Shown: positions 49,082 to 59,336, counted from the first letter of the stretch. The stretch: DNA of 64,000 nucleotides from Nonlabens sp. (GCF_051251825.1 NZ_JBPOGG010000012.1:2539-66538); one strand, 5' to 3'. Program-made: numbers and translations. Notes: generated by a model from the sequence alone, not told the origin.

Positions 49082-51571
49082 TTACAACTTAGCAACCAAC
49101 CTCACATTAAATACACGCGGTGTCAATTCATTAGGTATGGCAAACTGCTGCTGACTAGAAACATCCCGTACCCATATATTTGTAATCGAGTTACTTTCAT
49201 CAAAGATGTTATAGATTTCTGCACCTATAGTAACTTCTTTAAACTTGCTGAATAATTTGCTCGATTTCTTATCATCTTTAAGAACTAGATTGATTCCTAA
49301 ATCTGCTCTACGGTAATCTTGTAAACGGAACTGGAAATCATAAGGATCTGCATAGTTAGGTGATCCACCAGGTAATCCTGTGTTATACACTAGATTCAAA
49401 TACATCTTTAAATGCGGCATGTTAGGAATGTAATCTTGGAACAGTACACCAAATTTCAATCGCTGATCTGTTGGTCTAGCTATGTAGCCACGATCATTCA
49501 AATTTTCTTCAGTTTTTAAATACCCTAAGGAGAACCAGCTTTCAGTTCCAGGAACAAACTCTCCATTGATACGCATATCTACTCCATAAGCATAAGCCAC
49601 AGCATCATTATTTGCGCGGTAACGTATTCTTACATTTTCTAGCGTGTAGCTATTCACATCTGTAAGGTCTTTATAATAAACTTCAGTTGTTAATTTAAAA
49701 GGTCGCTTTTTTCCATCACTTGAGATCCAGTTAAAACTCCAGTCATTCCCTACTACGGCATGAATAGATTTTTGAGCTTTTACATTAGGGTTGACCACTC
49801 CTTGTTGATCACGTAGTTCTCTATAAAATGGTGGCTGGTAATATAATCCTCCAGACACACGGAATAGCATATCAGTCTTACTCCAGGCTGGTTTAATTGC
49901 AAACTGTCCACGTGGAGAAACTACGGTTTGTGTCGTGCTCTGGATTCCAGCGCCACTTACATTCCATGTATGAGAACGTATTCCTGCATTCCAAAATACC
50001 TCAGTGTCTTTTATATATCCACGACTGCTATACTGACCAAAAACCTGGTAACGAGTAACCTGTACATCATTATCTGCACTGGTAGCTTCAAACGGAACTA
50101 ATGGACCTGTGAAAGGTTCATAAGGTTGATCATTTGCAAGATCTGGAAATGGTGGTCTTATATTAAAACCAGCACTGTCTATAACATTATATTCACGTAC
50201 ACGATCTCTTATATCTTCTTTAGAAAACTTAATTCCCCAATCCAGGCGGTCATCATCTTTTTTATCGCTTGGAAATTCTAGTGTTCCACGATGCTCGGCA
50301 GTCATGATTAGTGCGTCTAGATCATTACGACCATGCTCCAGTTCAGAACCTATGGCAGTAGTGAAATCAACTGTTCCTAGGTCGCCGCTACCTATGTCTG
50401 TATTTGGTCTTCCTAAACCGTAGTTGGCCAGAATATCATAATGTTCTTGCTCTTGAGTGTGATAAATACTAGAGATAAAGCGCAAACTTAAATCTTCAGT
50501 CACGTCATAACTAGCTTTTAAAGCTCCAAAATAAGTTTCATACTGATCATCCTCACGACCTTGATAACGTATCACGATGGCTTGTGGATCTTGCAGTGTA
50601 CCAAAATTTGTTTGTCTAAATCGTGGCTCAAACTCGTAACTATTGATTGCTATGTTTCCTAAAAAGCCCAACTCAAATTTCGGACTTACCTTATAAGTAA
50701 GATAGGTTTGTGCATCAAAGAATCTTGGAACAGTTATCGCACCAGTTTCTCTGGAGTTGATGAATAAACTGTTGTCTCTGTAGCGCACACCTAGTATTCC
50801 TGTAAACGCTTTCGCGAAAGCGTCTCCTTCAACAAACGCATTCACTCCTAACAAGCTCGCGTCTATTCCAGCGCCAAACGTGGTAGGGCGACGGTAATCA
50901 ATATCTAATACAGAGCTTAATTTATCTCCATATTTAGATTGAAAACCACCTGCGCTGAATTCCACACTGCGCACCATATCAGAATTCACAAAACTTAATC
51001 CTTCCTGCTGACCGCTACGTATTAAAAATGGTCTGTAAACTTCAATTTCATTTATATAAACCAAATTTTCATCAAAGTTTCCACCACGAGCGCGGTATTG
51101 CGTGCTCAATTCATTACTACCGCTTACTCCTGGTAATGATTTTAATAAATTCTCCACACCAGGTTGAGCACCAGGAATTTTACGTATGACAGTAGGAGAG
51201 ATGGTTGTGATTCCTTCCAGATCTTTACGAGTTGTCGTGTTGAGAACAACCGTCGTGATTTGTTCAATACTGGTATTCATCACTGGATTTAATTCATAAA
51301 CCTCTTGTGGTTCAAGGACTAAATTTTTAATGGTAATATTTTTAAGACCTATTGCGGTAAAAACTATGGTTAACGGTTCGCTTGCTGGAATTTCAAGTTT
51401 ATAAAATCCAGTATCATTAGAAATGGTTCCTAGAGTTGTTCCAGTGACAGAGATGTTGATATCTGTAAGTGGTTCATTATTCTCATCTAGGATAACTCCT
51501 TGAATCGTGGCTTGTTGCGCCACAGCGATAAGGCTTAATAGAAATGCAGCGAGGAAAAGGTAAGTCTTCAA
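49082..51571 (-). CDS. TonB-dependent receptor-like outer membrane protein
   Basis: N-terminal carboxypeptidase-regulatory-like domain, plug RGGNFDEN, FSAGGF, long barrel ending RLVAKL. Confidence 0.8.
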   Translation of the reverse strand: MKTYLFLAAFLLSLIAVAQQATIQGVILDENNEPLTDINISVTGTTLGTISNDTGFYKLEIPASEPLTIVFTAIGLKNITIKNLVLEPQEVYELNPVMNTSIEQITTVVLNTTTRKDLEGITTISPTVIRKIPGAQPGVENLLKSLPGVSGSNELSTQYRARGGNFDENLVYINEIEVYRPFLIRSGQQEGLSFVNSDMVRSVEFSAGGFQSKYGDKLSSVLDIDYRRPTTFGAGIDASLLGVNAFVEGDAFAKAFTGILGVRYRDNSLFINSRETGAITVPRFFDAQTYLTYKVSPKFELGFLGNIAINSYEFEPRFRQTNFGTLQDPQAIVIRYQGREDDQYETYFGALKASYDVTEDLSLRFISSIYHTQEQEHYDILANYGLGRPNTDIGSGDLGTVDFTTAIGSELEHGRNDLDALIMTAEHRGTLEFPSDKKDDDRLDWGIKFSKEDIRDRVREYNVIDSAGFNIRPPFPDLANDQPYEPFTGPLVPFEATSADNDVQVTRYQVFGQYSSRGYIKDTEVFWNAGIRSHTWNVSGAGIQSTTQTVVSPRGQFAIKPAWSKTDMLFRVSGGLYYQPPFYRELRDQQGVVNPNVKAQKSIHAVVGNDWSFNWISSDGKKRPFKLTTEVYYKDLTDVNSYTLENVRIRYRANNDAVAYAYGVDMRINGEFVPGTESWFSLGYLKTEENLNDRGYIARPTDQRLKFGVLFQDYIPNMPHLKMYLNLVYNTGLPGGSPNYADPYDFQFRLQDYRRADLGINLVLKDDKKSSKLFSKFKEVTIGAEIYNIFDESNSITNIWVRDVSSQQQFAIPNELTPRVFNVRLVAKL
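50807..50822. repeat. 16-bp palindrome copy 13 (perfect), in TonB-dependent receptor (DAFAKAF)
   Basis: AAA-CGCTTTCGCGAAAGCG-TC. Confidence 0.95.
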
Positions 51572-51580
51572 ATGTCTTTA

Positions 51581-53290
51581 TTAATTCTTGCGGAAAAACG
51601 TAGCTTCAAATGTAGTGCTATTTCCAGCATTGTCAGTTACGATTACTTTAAGTTGGTTTTCACCATCAGTAACGGCTTTATCTGAGAAATCGTGTTTAAG
51701 AACGCCAGTTTTATAATCATATTCCATGAGTATAAACTTGCCGTTCACTGTGGCACGATAGCCATCTATACCGCTATCCTTATCTGCAATAGATAATTTG
51801 AGTGTTTTATTATTGCTTATCCATTGTTTGTTTTTAAAGTTTACGGCTTTAATGGTAGGCTTTATATCATCTTTGGTAATGGCATAAGTTCCCATATACT
51901 TGCTATAAGCGGTCAGTTTATTTCCATTTCTTTTAGTAGAAACATGATATGCTGCGCCCCAATCTGTAATGCGAGCAATGTAATATTTGTCCAGATCATC
52001 GCCAGCTTTTGCACTTATGTCATATTCCAGAATAAAGTTTTTGTGTAACGGTACGATGTCTCTATGAATGGTGATGGTGTCTAGGTGTTCTTTTATTTCC
52101 AGCAATTCGTCTTCATAAAGTGCGCCTTTAGGAATAGTCAAATTATAATGCCCTAGTTGACGTGTAAATGTCTCATTACTACTTACAAATTCAAGTCCAT
52201 CATTATTAGGAGCAATTAACTCCTCAGGACCTTCTTCATTTGTGATATCTACAGTAATCGTACTGGTATTGCCTTTAAAATCTTTAATATCAATTTTATA
52301 ATTACTCTTTGTTCCAGGATCATATAAAGAAAGCATACCGTCATTAATAGTGTTGCCATAAAGACTCAATGGACTTCCCGGTGGAATAAACAGTTTTGAA
52401 ATCCTGCTTTTCTTTTCCTTGAAAAATTTATAATCAATCATTTGATTGAGATAACGAGTCTCGCCAAAGGAATAAGTATCAAAATTCACTTCAAAATTTT
52501 GAGATCCGTTGAAACTAGTTGTTATTCTAAAAACACCATTTTGATTATTGGCACCATTCTGTCGATCGCTGGTGTTTACACCTATTCCTATGAGTCCGTA
52601 AGCATTCAGTTTTTCAGTTTTGAAGTTGCCGTTTTTAAGCGGTATTAATCTCAATAAAGCAGGTTCGTTTTTACCGTTAATGGTTGCGTTTTCATCAAGT
52701 GGATAAGCCATTACTTGTTTAACAAGTGGTCTTTTAGTGTCTGGGATTTCTATTCCCATCATCATAGGATTAATAGGTTTTGCAGCGCTATCCCTTATTT
52801 CAAAATGCAAGTGCGGTCCACCGCTACCACCACTATTACCGCTATAAGCAACTACTTCACCTTGATCTACACGCAGTTCTAGATCTGTAGGAAAGAGTTG
52901 GATTTCATATGATTCTTTTGCATATTGTTTTTTCTTTACATATTCCTCTATGCGTGGCGAGAACTTGCTTAAATGTGCATAAACGCTGGTGTAACCATTA
53001 GGATGCGTGATGTAAATTGCTTTTCCATATCCGTAGCGTTCTATTTTAATACGGCTCACATAACCAGCCGCAGTCGCATGAACTGATAAGCCAGTGCGTT
53101 GATTTGTTTTAATATCTAGACCACTGTGGAAATGGTTGGTTCTCAATTCTCCAAAGGTTCCAGACAGTTTCAATTCAATATCCAGCGGATTTTGAAAATA
53201 GCCTGCAGGAATATTTTTTTGGGTTTGGCTTGCGCTAAAAGAGAACGCGACAAGCAGTAAGGAAAAGAAAATTATTTTTTTATGTAACAT
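51581..53290 (-). CDS. M23 family metallopeptidase
   Basis: HFHSGLDI, YAHL, GPHLHFEIR. Confidence 0.87.
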   Translation of the reverse strand: MLHKKIIFFSLLLVAFSFSASQTQKNIPAGYFQNPLDIELKLSGTFGELRTNHFHSGLDIKTNQRTGLSVHATAAGYVSRIKIERYGYGKAIYITHPNGYTSVYAHLSKFSPRIEEYVKKKQYAKESYEIQLFPTDLELRVDQGEVVAYSGNSGGSGGPHLHFEIRDSAAKPINPMMMGIEIPDTKRPLVKQVMAYPLDENATINGKNEPALLRLIPLKNGNFKTEKLNAYGLIGIGVNTSDRQNGANNQNGVFRITTSFNGSQNFEVNFDTYSFGETRYLNQMIDYKFFKEKKSRISKLFIPPGSPLSLYGNTINDGMLSLYDPGTKSNYKIDIKDFKGNTSTITVDITNEEGPEELIAPNNDGLEFVSSNETFTRQLGHYNLTIPKGALYEDELLEIKEHLDTITIHRDIVPLHKNFILEYDISAKAGDDLDKYYIARITDWGAAYHVSTKRNGNKLTAYSKYMGTYAITKDDIKPTIKAVNFKNKQWISNNKTLKLSIADKDSGIDGYRATVNGKFILMEYDYKTGVLKHDFSDKAVTDGENQLKVIVTDNAGNSTTFEATFFRKN

Positions 53291-53421
53291 AGGCTAAATA
53301 TAATAGGCTCTAGACAACTTGCAAAGAGAATTCTTCAATGTCTTTCAAACTTTGTTCCAATAATGTTTGATAAGTCTAGCGGTAATCCTAATTTTGTAGG
53401 AACAGTATAAAATTTGTTGTA

Positions 53422-53712
53422 GTGGCTACATTATCTTCTCAGATCGAAAGTATAGAGCTTAAAGTCAAAGCTTTAATTGAAGAAAATGCACGATTGAAAA
53501 CGCAAAATAGCCAGTTAGAGGCCGCAATGTCGCAACTGGAACTCGATAATAAAGACCATATCGAGACGTTACAAATGAGTGAAGAGAGAAATGTAGCACT
53601 CAAAACAGCAAATGCTATGCTAGGTAGTGACGATTATAAAACAAAAACCAAGCTCAAAATTAATGCACTTGTGAGAGAAATCGATCAGTGTATAAATCAA
53701 CTAGCTTCATAA
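53422..53712 (+). CDS. Coiled-coil protein, ZapB-like by context
   Basis: Heptad pattern; KLKINALVREIDQCI; GTG start; TAATTTTG at 53389-53396; TAATG overlap with zapA. Confidence 0.65.
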   Translation: MATLSSQIESIELKVKALIEENARLKTQNSQLEAAMSQLELDNKDHIETLQMSEERNVALKTANAMLGSDDYKTKTKLKINALVREIDQCINQLAS

Positions 53713-54002
53713 TGGCAGATAAACTCAAAATAAAGATTTCTATTGCAGATCGGGTTTATCCATTAACCATAGATCCTTCTCGTGAAGAAGGTTTGCGTAA
53801 AGCAGCAAAAAATATTGAAGTAATGATTAAACAGCTGGAAAGCAGTTATGCTGTAAGAGATAAGCAAGACGTTCTCGCAATGTGTGCTTTACAATTTGCA
53901 GCAAAATCTGAACAAATAAATATAGATAGTAGTGAAGATGTAACTAGTGCTCAAGAACAGTTAGAAGTCTTGAATCAGTTATTATCACAGCAATTATCTT
54001 AG
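53712..54002 (+). CDS. zapA: Cell division protein ZapA
   Basis: IKISIADRVYPL, LRKAAK, DVLAMCALQ; start at ATG 53712. Confidence 0.88.
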   Translation: MADKLKIKISIADRVYPLTIDPSREEGLRKAAKNIEVMIKQLESSYAVRDKQDVLAMCALQFAAKSEQINIDSSEDVTSAQEQLEVLNQLLSQQLS

Positions 54003-54028
54003 CCGTTCTTTAAATAAAAACAGTTACT

Positions 54029-54192
54029 ACCTGCACTTGTTTCATTTTTTGGTGAACTCAACACGTATTTCTTTAAAAAAGGTGAGTCGTGGTTGTAAAA
54101 GCAAGCCGAACGTATGAGTCGGATCCTTGATCAGCCAGTTAACCTTAAACTTATATTTAAGGAGTTCATACAAAACCCAAACTTGTGCAGGT
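54029..54192 (+). ncRNA. ssrS: Probable 6S RNA (Flavobacterial type)
   Basis: Rod fold by eye: ACCTGCAC/GTGCAGGT, TGAACTC/GAGTTCA, AAGGT/ACCTT, GGTTG/CAGCC, CAAG/CTTG, CCGA/TCGG; lies directly after zapA. Confidence 0.72.
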
Positions 54193-54213
54193 TTTTTTAT
54201 ATACAACAACCAA

Positions 54214-55788
54214 ATGGAAACACAAACAATTATATATGCCATCGTGGCATTAGTCATAGGACTAGCAATAGGTTATTTAATAGCAAAATCAATAGTTGAA
54301 AAGGGAAAAGCCTCTCAACTCATCGCCGATGCTCAGAAAGATGCCAAAGCACTAATCAAAGACGCCGAAGTAGAAGGTGAGAAGATTAAAAATGAAAAGA
54401 CTTATAAAGCCAAAGAAAAATTTATAGAGCTCAAATCACAGCATGAAAAGGAAATCATGAACCGTGAAAAGAAAATGAGCGATGCAGAGAAACGTACTAG
54501 AGATAAAGAATCAAAAGCCTCTAGCGAGCTTGCCAAAGCTAAACAACTGGAGCAAAAGTTAACTAGTAAATTAGAAGATGTAGATTCAAAAAGAGAATCC
54601 ATTCTTAAAAAACAGGCCGAAGTTGAAAAAATGCACGCTTCTCAAATCAAGCAACTTGAGGTGATTAGTGGAATGTCTGGTGAAGATGCTAAAAAGCAAC
54701 TGGTAGAATCTCTTAAAGACAGTGCAAAGACTGAGGCAATGAGTATCATCCAGCATACGATTGAAGAAGCTAAGCTTACCGCTACTCAAGAAGCTCGTAA
54801 AGTAATTATCAACACCATTCAGCGCATAGGAACTGAAGAAGCTGTAGAAAACTGTGTATCAGTTTTTAACCTTGAGTCTGACGATGTGAAAGGTCGTATT
54901 ATAGGTCGTGAAGGTCGTAACATTAGAGCTATAGAAGCTGCAACAGGTGTAGAAATTATCGTAGATGACACTCCAGATGCGATTATTCTTTCATGCTTTG
55001 ACTCTGTACGTAGAGAAGTAGCACGTTTATCCTTACACAAGTTAGTGACTGATGGGCGTATTCACCCAGCACGTATTGAAGAAGTAGTTGCAAAAACTAG
55101 AAAACAAATCGATCAAGAAATCGCTGAGGTTGGAAAACGTACCGTAATCGACTTAGGAATTCATGGACTACATCCAGAGTTAATTAAGATGGTAGGAAGA
55201 ATGAAATACCGTTCTTCTTATGGACAGAATTTATTACAACACAGTAGAGAAGTAGCAAAACTTTGTGGAACTATGGCTGCAGAGCTAGGATTGAATCCTA
55301 AACTCGCAAAACGCGCCGGTCTTTTACATGATATAGGTAAAGTTCCAGAAACAGAAGATGAAACTCCTCACGCAATCCTAGGTATGAACCTGGCCGAAAA
55401 GCACGGAGAAAAACCAGAAGTTTGTAACGCCATAGGAGCTCACCACGATGAAATCGAAATGACCTCATTACTTTCTCCTATTGTACAAGTATGTGATGCG
55501 ATAAGCGGTGCACGTCCAGGAGCAAGACGTCAAGTGCTAGATTCTTACATCCAGCGATTGAAAGATCTTGAGGATATCGCATTTGGATTTAATGGTGTGG
55601 AAAAAGCTTATGCAATTCAAGCCGGACGTGAACTACGTGTGATTGTTGAAAGCGAAAAAGTAACAGACGAAAAGGCTGCTCAACTATCCTTTGAAATTTC
55701 TCAAAAGATCCAAACAGATATGACATATCCAGGACAAGTTAAGGTGACTGTGATAAGAGAAACTAGAGCTGTGAATATTGCAAAATAG
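54214..55788 (+). CDS. rny: Ribonuclease Y
   Basis: N-terminal TM, coiled coil, KH ([13 protein letters not shown]), HD (LLHDIGK); start ATG 54214. Confidence 0.95.
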   Translation: METQTIIYAIVALVIGLAIGYLIAKSIVEKGKASQLIADAQKDAKALIKDAEVEGEKIKNEKTYKAKEKFIELKSQHEKEIMNREKKMSDAEKRTRDKESKASSELAKAKQLEQKLTSKLEDVDSKRESILKKQAEVEKMHASQIKQLEVISGMSGEDAKKQLVESLKDSAKTEAMSIIQHTIEEAKLTATQEARKVIINTIQRIGTEEAVENCVSVFNLESDDVKGRIIGREGRNIRAIEAATGVEIIVDDTPDAIILSCFDSVRREVARLSLHKLVTDGRIHPARIEEVVAKTRKQIDQEIAEVGKRTVIDLGIHGLHPELIKMVGRMKYRSSYGQNLLQHSREVAKLCGTMAAELGLNPKLAKRAGLLHDIGKVPETEDETPHAILGMNLAEKHGEKPEVCNAIGAHHDEIEMTSLLSPIVQVCDAISGARPGARRQVLDSYIQRLKDLEDIAFGFNGVEKAYAIQAGRELRVIVESEKVTDEKAAQLSFEISQKIQTDMTYPGQVKVTVIRETRAVNIAK

Positions 55789-55810
55789 GAATAGTGATTA
55801 TATCAAAATC

Positions 55811-55843
55811 AAAAAGGCTTGCATCACTGCAAGCCTTTTTTTT
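55811..55843 (+). terminator. Terminator after rny
   Basis: aaaaaggcttgca-tcac-tgcaagcctttttttt. Confidence 0.85.
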
Positions 55844-55866
55844 ATGAAGTAAATTTTAGTCGCCCC

Positions 55867-55929
55867 TACACGTCTAGAATTTACTCAGTGAGCTCCTGTT
55901 GACAGGTTCTCGATTGATAGTAACGCGTA
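55867..55929 (-). other. Unexplained long hairpin, candidate structured RNA
   Basis: Minus strand UACGCGUU/GACGUGUA with G.U pairs enclosing GAG-AA-CCUG-UCAA-CAGG-AG-CUC. Confidence 0.35.
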
Positions 55930-56028
55930 AATTTTATTGAAATAAAATTTACAACTTTTTAATTAATGCGTACTCAAAAAGCAGTTGCTTAATTACTACA
56001 TTGTAAATGTAAGAGAAAACATCATGTC

Positions 56029-56068
56029 AAAAAATACCCCATAAAGGGTATTTATGGGGTGTTTTTTT
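56029..56068 (-). terminator. Terminator after aldo/keto reductase
   Basis: aaaaaataccccataaa-gggta-tttatggggtgttttttt. Confidence 0.8.
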
Positions 56069-56081
56069 GTCTTTTTAACAT

Positions 56082-57029
56082 TTATTCATCATAAATGTTA
56101 TCATATCCCTTTTCTGGCACCTCAAAAAACTTACCGGTTACATAACGATAATGTTCATCTAATTGAGCTAGATTTTTCAAATCTTCCTTATCTAATTGTA
56201 AACGAGCCGCTTCCAGATTTTCTTTAATACGGCCAAGATTAGTAGATTTAGGAATTACTGCTGTTCCACGTTGAGCAGACCAGTTAATGAGTACTTGTGC
56301 AGGTGAAGCGTTATGCTTGCTTGCGATTTTTTGGACAGCATCTTTCTCAAACATATTAGGTTCGTTTTCCTGTTTCATTCCATCAGATCGATCGCCACTT
56401 CCTAGAGGAGAATAACCTGTTAAATGAATTCCTTTATTACTACAGTATTCAAATAAATCATTCTGTTGTAGTAATGGATGTAATTCCACTTGATTCATTT
56501 CTGGAATTTCATCAGTTTTAGAAATCAGGTCTTCCAGTTTTTGTTTGCTGAAGTTGGATACACCTATATGTTTAGAAAGTCCTTTTTTCTTCAGCTCAGT
56601 CATTGCATTCCAGGTCTCGTTAATAGGAGCTTCTTGAGGAGTTAAGTAATCGGCTGGTTTTTCAGGGTTTTTCACATCTGGTTTAAACGCGACAGGCCAG
56701 TGAACAAGATATAAATCGAGATAATCGAGTTGTAAATCATTAAGAGTTTGTTTCATAGCAGGTTCTACGTCTTGCGGTAAATGCGCATTGTTCCATAGCT
56801 TAGAAGTGATCCACACGTCTTCTCTTTTAATGTCTCCTTTAGAGAATACCTCGTTAAAGGCTTCGCCTATTTCCTTTTCATTTCCATAGATTGCTGCACA
56901 ATCTATGTGTTTGTATCCAGCTTCTAGCGCGTTAATTACTGCTTCTTTAACTTCGCCTGGTTTTGATTTCCAGGTTCCTAATCCTATAGGGAACAGCTCA
57001 TCGCCATTTTTAAATTTGAGAGTTTTCAT
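56082..57029 (-). CDS. Aldo/keto reductase
   Basis: IGLGTW, HIDCAAIYGNE, ITSKLW, DLYLVHWP, IGVSNF, IPKS. Confidence 0.92.
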   Translation of the reverse strand: MKTLKFKNGDELFPIGLGTWKSKPGEVKEAVINALEAGYKHIDCAAIYGNEKEIGEAFNEVFSKGDIKREDVWITSKLWNNAHLPQDVEPAMKQTLNDLQLDYLDLYLVHWPVAFKPDVKNPEKPADYLTPQEAPINETWNAMTELKKKGLSKHIGVSNFSKQKLEDLISKTDEIPEMNQVELHPLLQQNDLFEYCSNKGIHLTGYSPLGSGDRSDGMKQENEPNMFEKDAVQKIASKHNASPAQVLINWSAQRGTAVIPKSTNLGRIKENLEAARLQLDKEDLKNLAQLDEHYRYVTGKFFEVPEKGYDNIYDE

Positions 57030-57054
57030 AAGTTCTTATTTTTGTTTAAAGTTA

Positions 57055-57069
57055 GCTTTCGCGAAAGCG
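57055..57069. repeat. Palindrome copy 14 (15/16), 25 nt upstream of AKR start
   Basis: A-GCTTTCGCGAAAGCG-TAA. Confidence 0.9.
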
Positions 57070-57116
57070 TAATAAAAACAATCTCACCACTTTTACATAA
57101 CTTTAATAGTATATCA

Positions 57117-58013
57117 CTATGCTCGTGGATGGTGTTTTTCCATCACCTTTGCAAGATGCGCGCGATCCACATGCATATATATCTCAGTGGTAGTAATGCT
57201 TTCATGTCCCAGCATCATTTGGATAGAACGTAAATCTGCTCCGTTTTCCAGTAGGTGAGTGGCAAAGGAATGCCTGAAAGTGTGCGGACTTATCTTCTTC
57301 TTGATACCAGCTTTTACTTTAAGTTCCTTAATAATATGAAAAATCATAGCGCGTGTTAATCCTGAGCCACGGCGGTTGAGAAACAACGTGTCTTTTGAGT
57401 CTGGTTGAATTGGAATGTGAATACGTATCTCTTCACGATATAGATTGATCACCTTTATAGTAAAGTCGCCTATGGGAATGAATCGCTGTTTATCACCTTT
57501 ACCAGTCACTTTTATAAATCCTTCTTCAAAAAATAAGTCACTTATTTTAAGTGTAGTAAGTTCACTTACTCTTAAACCACAACCGTAGAGCGTTTCAAGA
57601 ATAGCTCTGTTGCGTTCTCCTTGCGGCGTGGAACGATCTATAGAGTTGATAAGTGCATCAATCTCTGTGGTGCTCAATGTGTCTGGTAGTTTACGACCTA
57701 TCTTAGGACTTTCCACCAGCTCCAGCGGATTGTCCTTACGGTAGTTCTCTAAAATCAAATAATTAAAAAAAGCTTTTAAACTACTTATAGCTCGTGCCTG
57801 TGATCGTGCCGACACGGTTTTGGCCAGTTCATAAATAAACGCTCTTAATGTTGATGTGGATATAATAACAGCACTTTGATCGATATCATGATCTCCTAGC
57901 CAATTGATGAATTTGTCAAGGTCTCTTTTATAGGCTTTTAAAGTATTATCGGCTAGACTGCGTTCTAGTCTAGAATACATTAAAAAATCCTTGAGGATGT
58001 GTTGCCATTTCAT
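57117..58013 (-). CDS. xerD: Tyrosine recombinase XerD
   Basis: NTLKAY, YGCGLRVSEL, GKGDKQR, HTFRHSFATHLLENGADLR, LGHESITTTEIY. Confidence 0.88.
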   Translation of the reverse strand: MKWQHILKDFLMYSRLERSLADNTLKAYKRDLDKFINWLGDHDIDQSAVIISTSTLRAFIYELAKTVSARSQARAISSLKAFFNYLILENYRKDNPLELVESPKIGRKLPDTLSTTEIDALINSIDRSTPQGERNRAILETLYGCGLRVSELTTLKISDLFFEEGFIKVTGKGDKQRFIPIGDFTIKVINLYREEIRIHIPIQPDSKDTLFLNRRGSGLTRAMIFHIIKELKVKAGIKKKISPHTFRHSFATHLLENGADLRSIQMMLGHESITTTEIYMHVDRAHLAKVMEKHHPRA

Positions 58014-58179
58014 CTTGTAAAAATGGGGAAAAATTAATAAGTTAATAGTTGTCGAAATGATAATTAATTCAAGTGAAATTTAACATATTTTAATATTTTT
58101 AGTGAAAATATTAATAATTACTTCACAATTACGCTTATATCTTTGCAGCGAACTAAAAAAATAAACTAAAATTATTATT

Positions 58180-58788
58180 ATGAAAAAAATTGTATTAGGT
58201 GTATTAGTTGCAGTATTTGCAGTAAGCGTTTCAGCAGCACAAGAAATTGATTTCGGTGTAAAAGGCGGAGTTAACTTTGCTAAATTGACAGGTGATAATC
58301 TAGAAGACGCTGATGGAAGGACAGGTTTCCACGTAGGATTTACTGGTGAGTATATGTTTAATGAGTCTTTCGGGCTACAAAGTGAGGTAGTGTACTCTAC
58401 TCAAGGATTACAATCTGAAACTTCATTTGGTGGAGTTACTACAGAATCTAAATTGAAATTAGATTATATTAATGTTCCAGTTCTTGCAAAATTCTATTTA
58501 GGAGAATCTGGTTTCTCAATTGACGCAGGTCCACAAATTGGTTTCTTAGTTAGTGATAAACTAGAGGTGAATGGTGAAAATGTTGATGATGAATTAAATG
58601 CAGAAACTATTGACTTAAGTGCTGGTGGTGGTATTGCATACAAATTTAAGGAAGGTTCATCTCTTGAAGGATTTAATGTAAGTGCTCGTTACATGATTGG
58701 ATTGAGCAACGTTTATAAAGATAATAGTACATTTGGTGATGATGTTACTAATTCAAATCTTCAATTATCTGTAGGATATAAATTCTAA
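58180..58788 (+). CDS. Porin-family / OmpA-like beta-barrel protein
   Basis: FGVKGGVNFA, LDYINVPVLAKFY, AGPQIGFL, SVGYKF; TATCTTTG at 58138-58145. Confidence 0.82.
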   Translation: MKKIVLGVLVAVFAVSVSAAQEIDFGVKGGVNFAKLTGDNLEDADGRTGFHVGFTGEYMFNESFGLQSEVVYSTQGLQSETSFGGVTTESKLKLDYINVPVLAKFYLGESGFSIDAGPQIGFLVSDKLEVNGENVDDELNAETIDLSAGGGIAYKFKEGSSLEGFNVSARYMIGLSNVYKDNSTFGDDVTNSNLQLSVGYKF

Positions 58789-58807
58789 GAAATTTAGAAA
58801 ATTTTAG

Positions 58808-58836
58808 AAAAGCAACTCGCAAGAGTTGCTTTTTTT
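58808..58836 (+). terminator. Terminator after porin gene
   Basis: aaaagcaactc-gcaa-gagttgcttttttt. Confidence 0.82.
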
Positions 58837-58870
58837 ATGCCTAATAGTTTTTAAGTAATATCTTTAAACC

Positions 58871-59290
58871 ATGAAAATACACATCATTAACGGTCCTAAT
58901 TTAAATCTATTAGGAAAGCGAGAACCAGAAACTTATGGTTCAATAAGTTTTGAAGATTACTTTAGAGAGTTGCAATTTAATTTTGAAAAGGTGGAATTAT
59001 CCTATTTTCAATCTAACGTTGAAGGCGAACTTGTTAATGAACTCCATAAAGCCATAGAAAATAATACAAGCGGAATTATTCTCAATGCTGGTGCTTATAC
59101 ACATACTTCCATTGCTATAGGAGATGCGGTTGCTGCAATTGACATTCCAGTAGTTGAAGTTCATATTTCAAATGTGATGGATCGTGAAGAATTTAGACAT
59201 GTTTCTTATATTTCTAAACACGCTGCAGGAGTGATAAGTGGATTTGGGTTAAAAGGTTATGAGCTTGCTGTAGAGAGTTTTATGCAATAA
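58871..59290 (+). CDS. aroQ: Type II 3-dehydroquinate dehydratase
   Basis: INGPNLNLLGKREP, QSNVEGEL, NAGAYTHTS, VEVHISN. Confidence 0.95.
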   Translation: MKIHIINGPNLNLLGKREPETYGSISFEDYFRELQFNFEKVELSYFQSNVEGELVNELHKAIENNTSGIILNAGAYTHTSIAIGDAVAAIDIPVVEVHISNVMDREEFRHVSYISKHAAGVISGFGLKGYELAVESFMQ

Positions 59291-59336
59291 AAAAAGGCCT
59301 CTATTTCTAGAGACCTTTTGAATTATAAATTGAGTT

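Noticed and set aside
54042-54299. Short ORFs over the zapA-rny gap and the 29-aa N-terminal extension of rny
   Set aside because: They overlap the probable 6S RNA; the RNase Y membrane anchor begins at ATG 54214.
55867-55929. TPP riboswitch (GAACCTG...GTAGGG-like words)
   Set aside because: Lacks CUGAGA and the AUACC/ACCUGAU core, and no gene follows in that orientation.
57117-58013. Tyrosine recombinase as an integrase of a mobile element
   Set aside because: Size and motifs fit housekeeping XerD; flanked by core genes; no att-like repeats seen.
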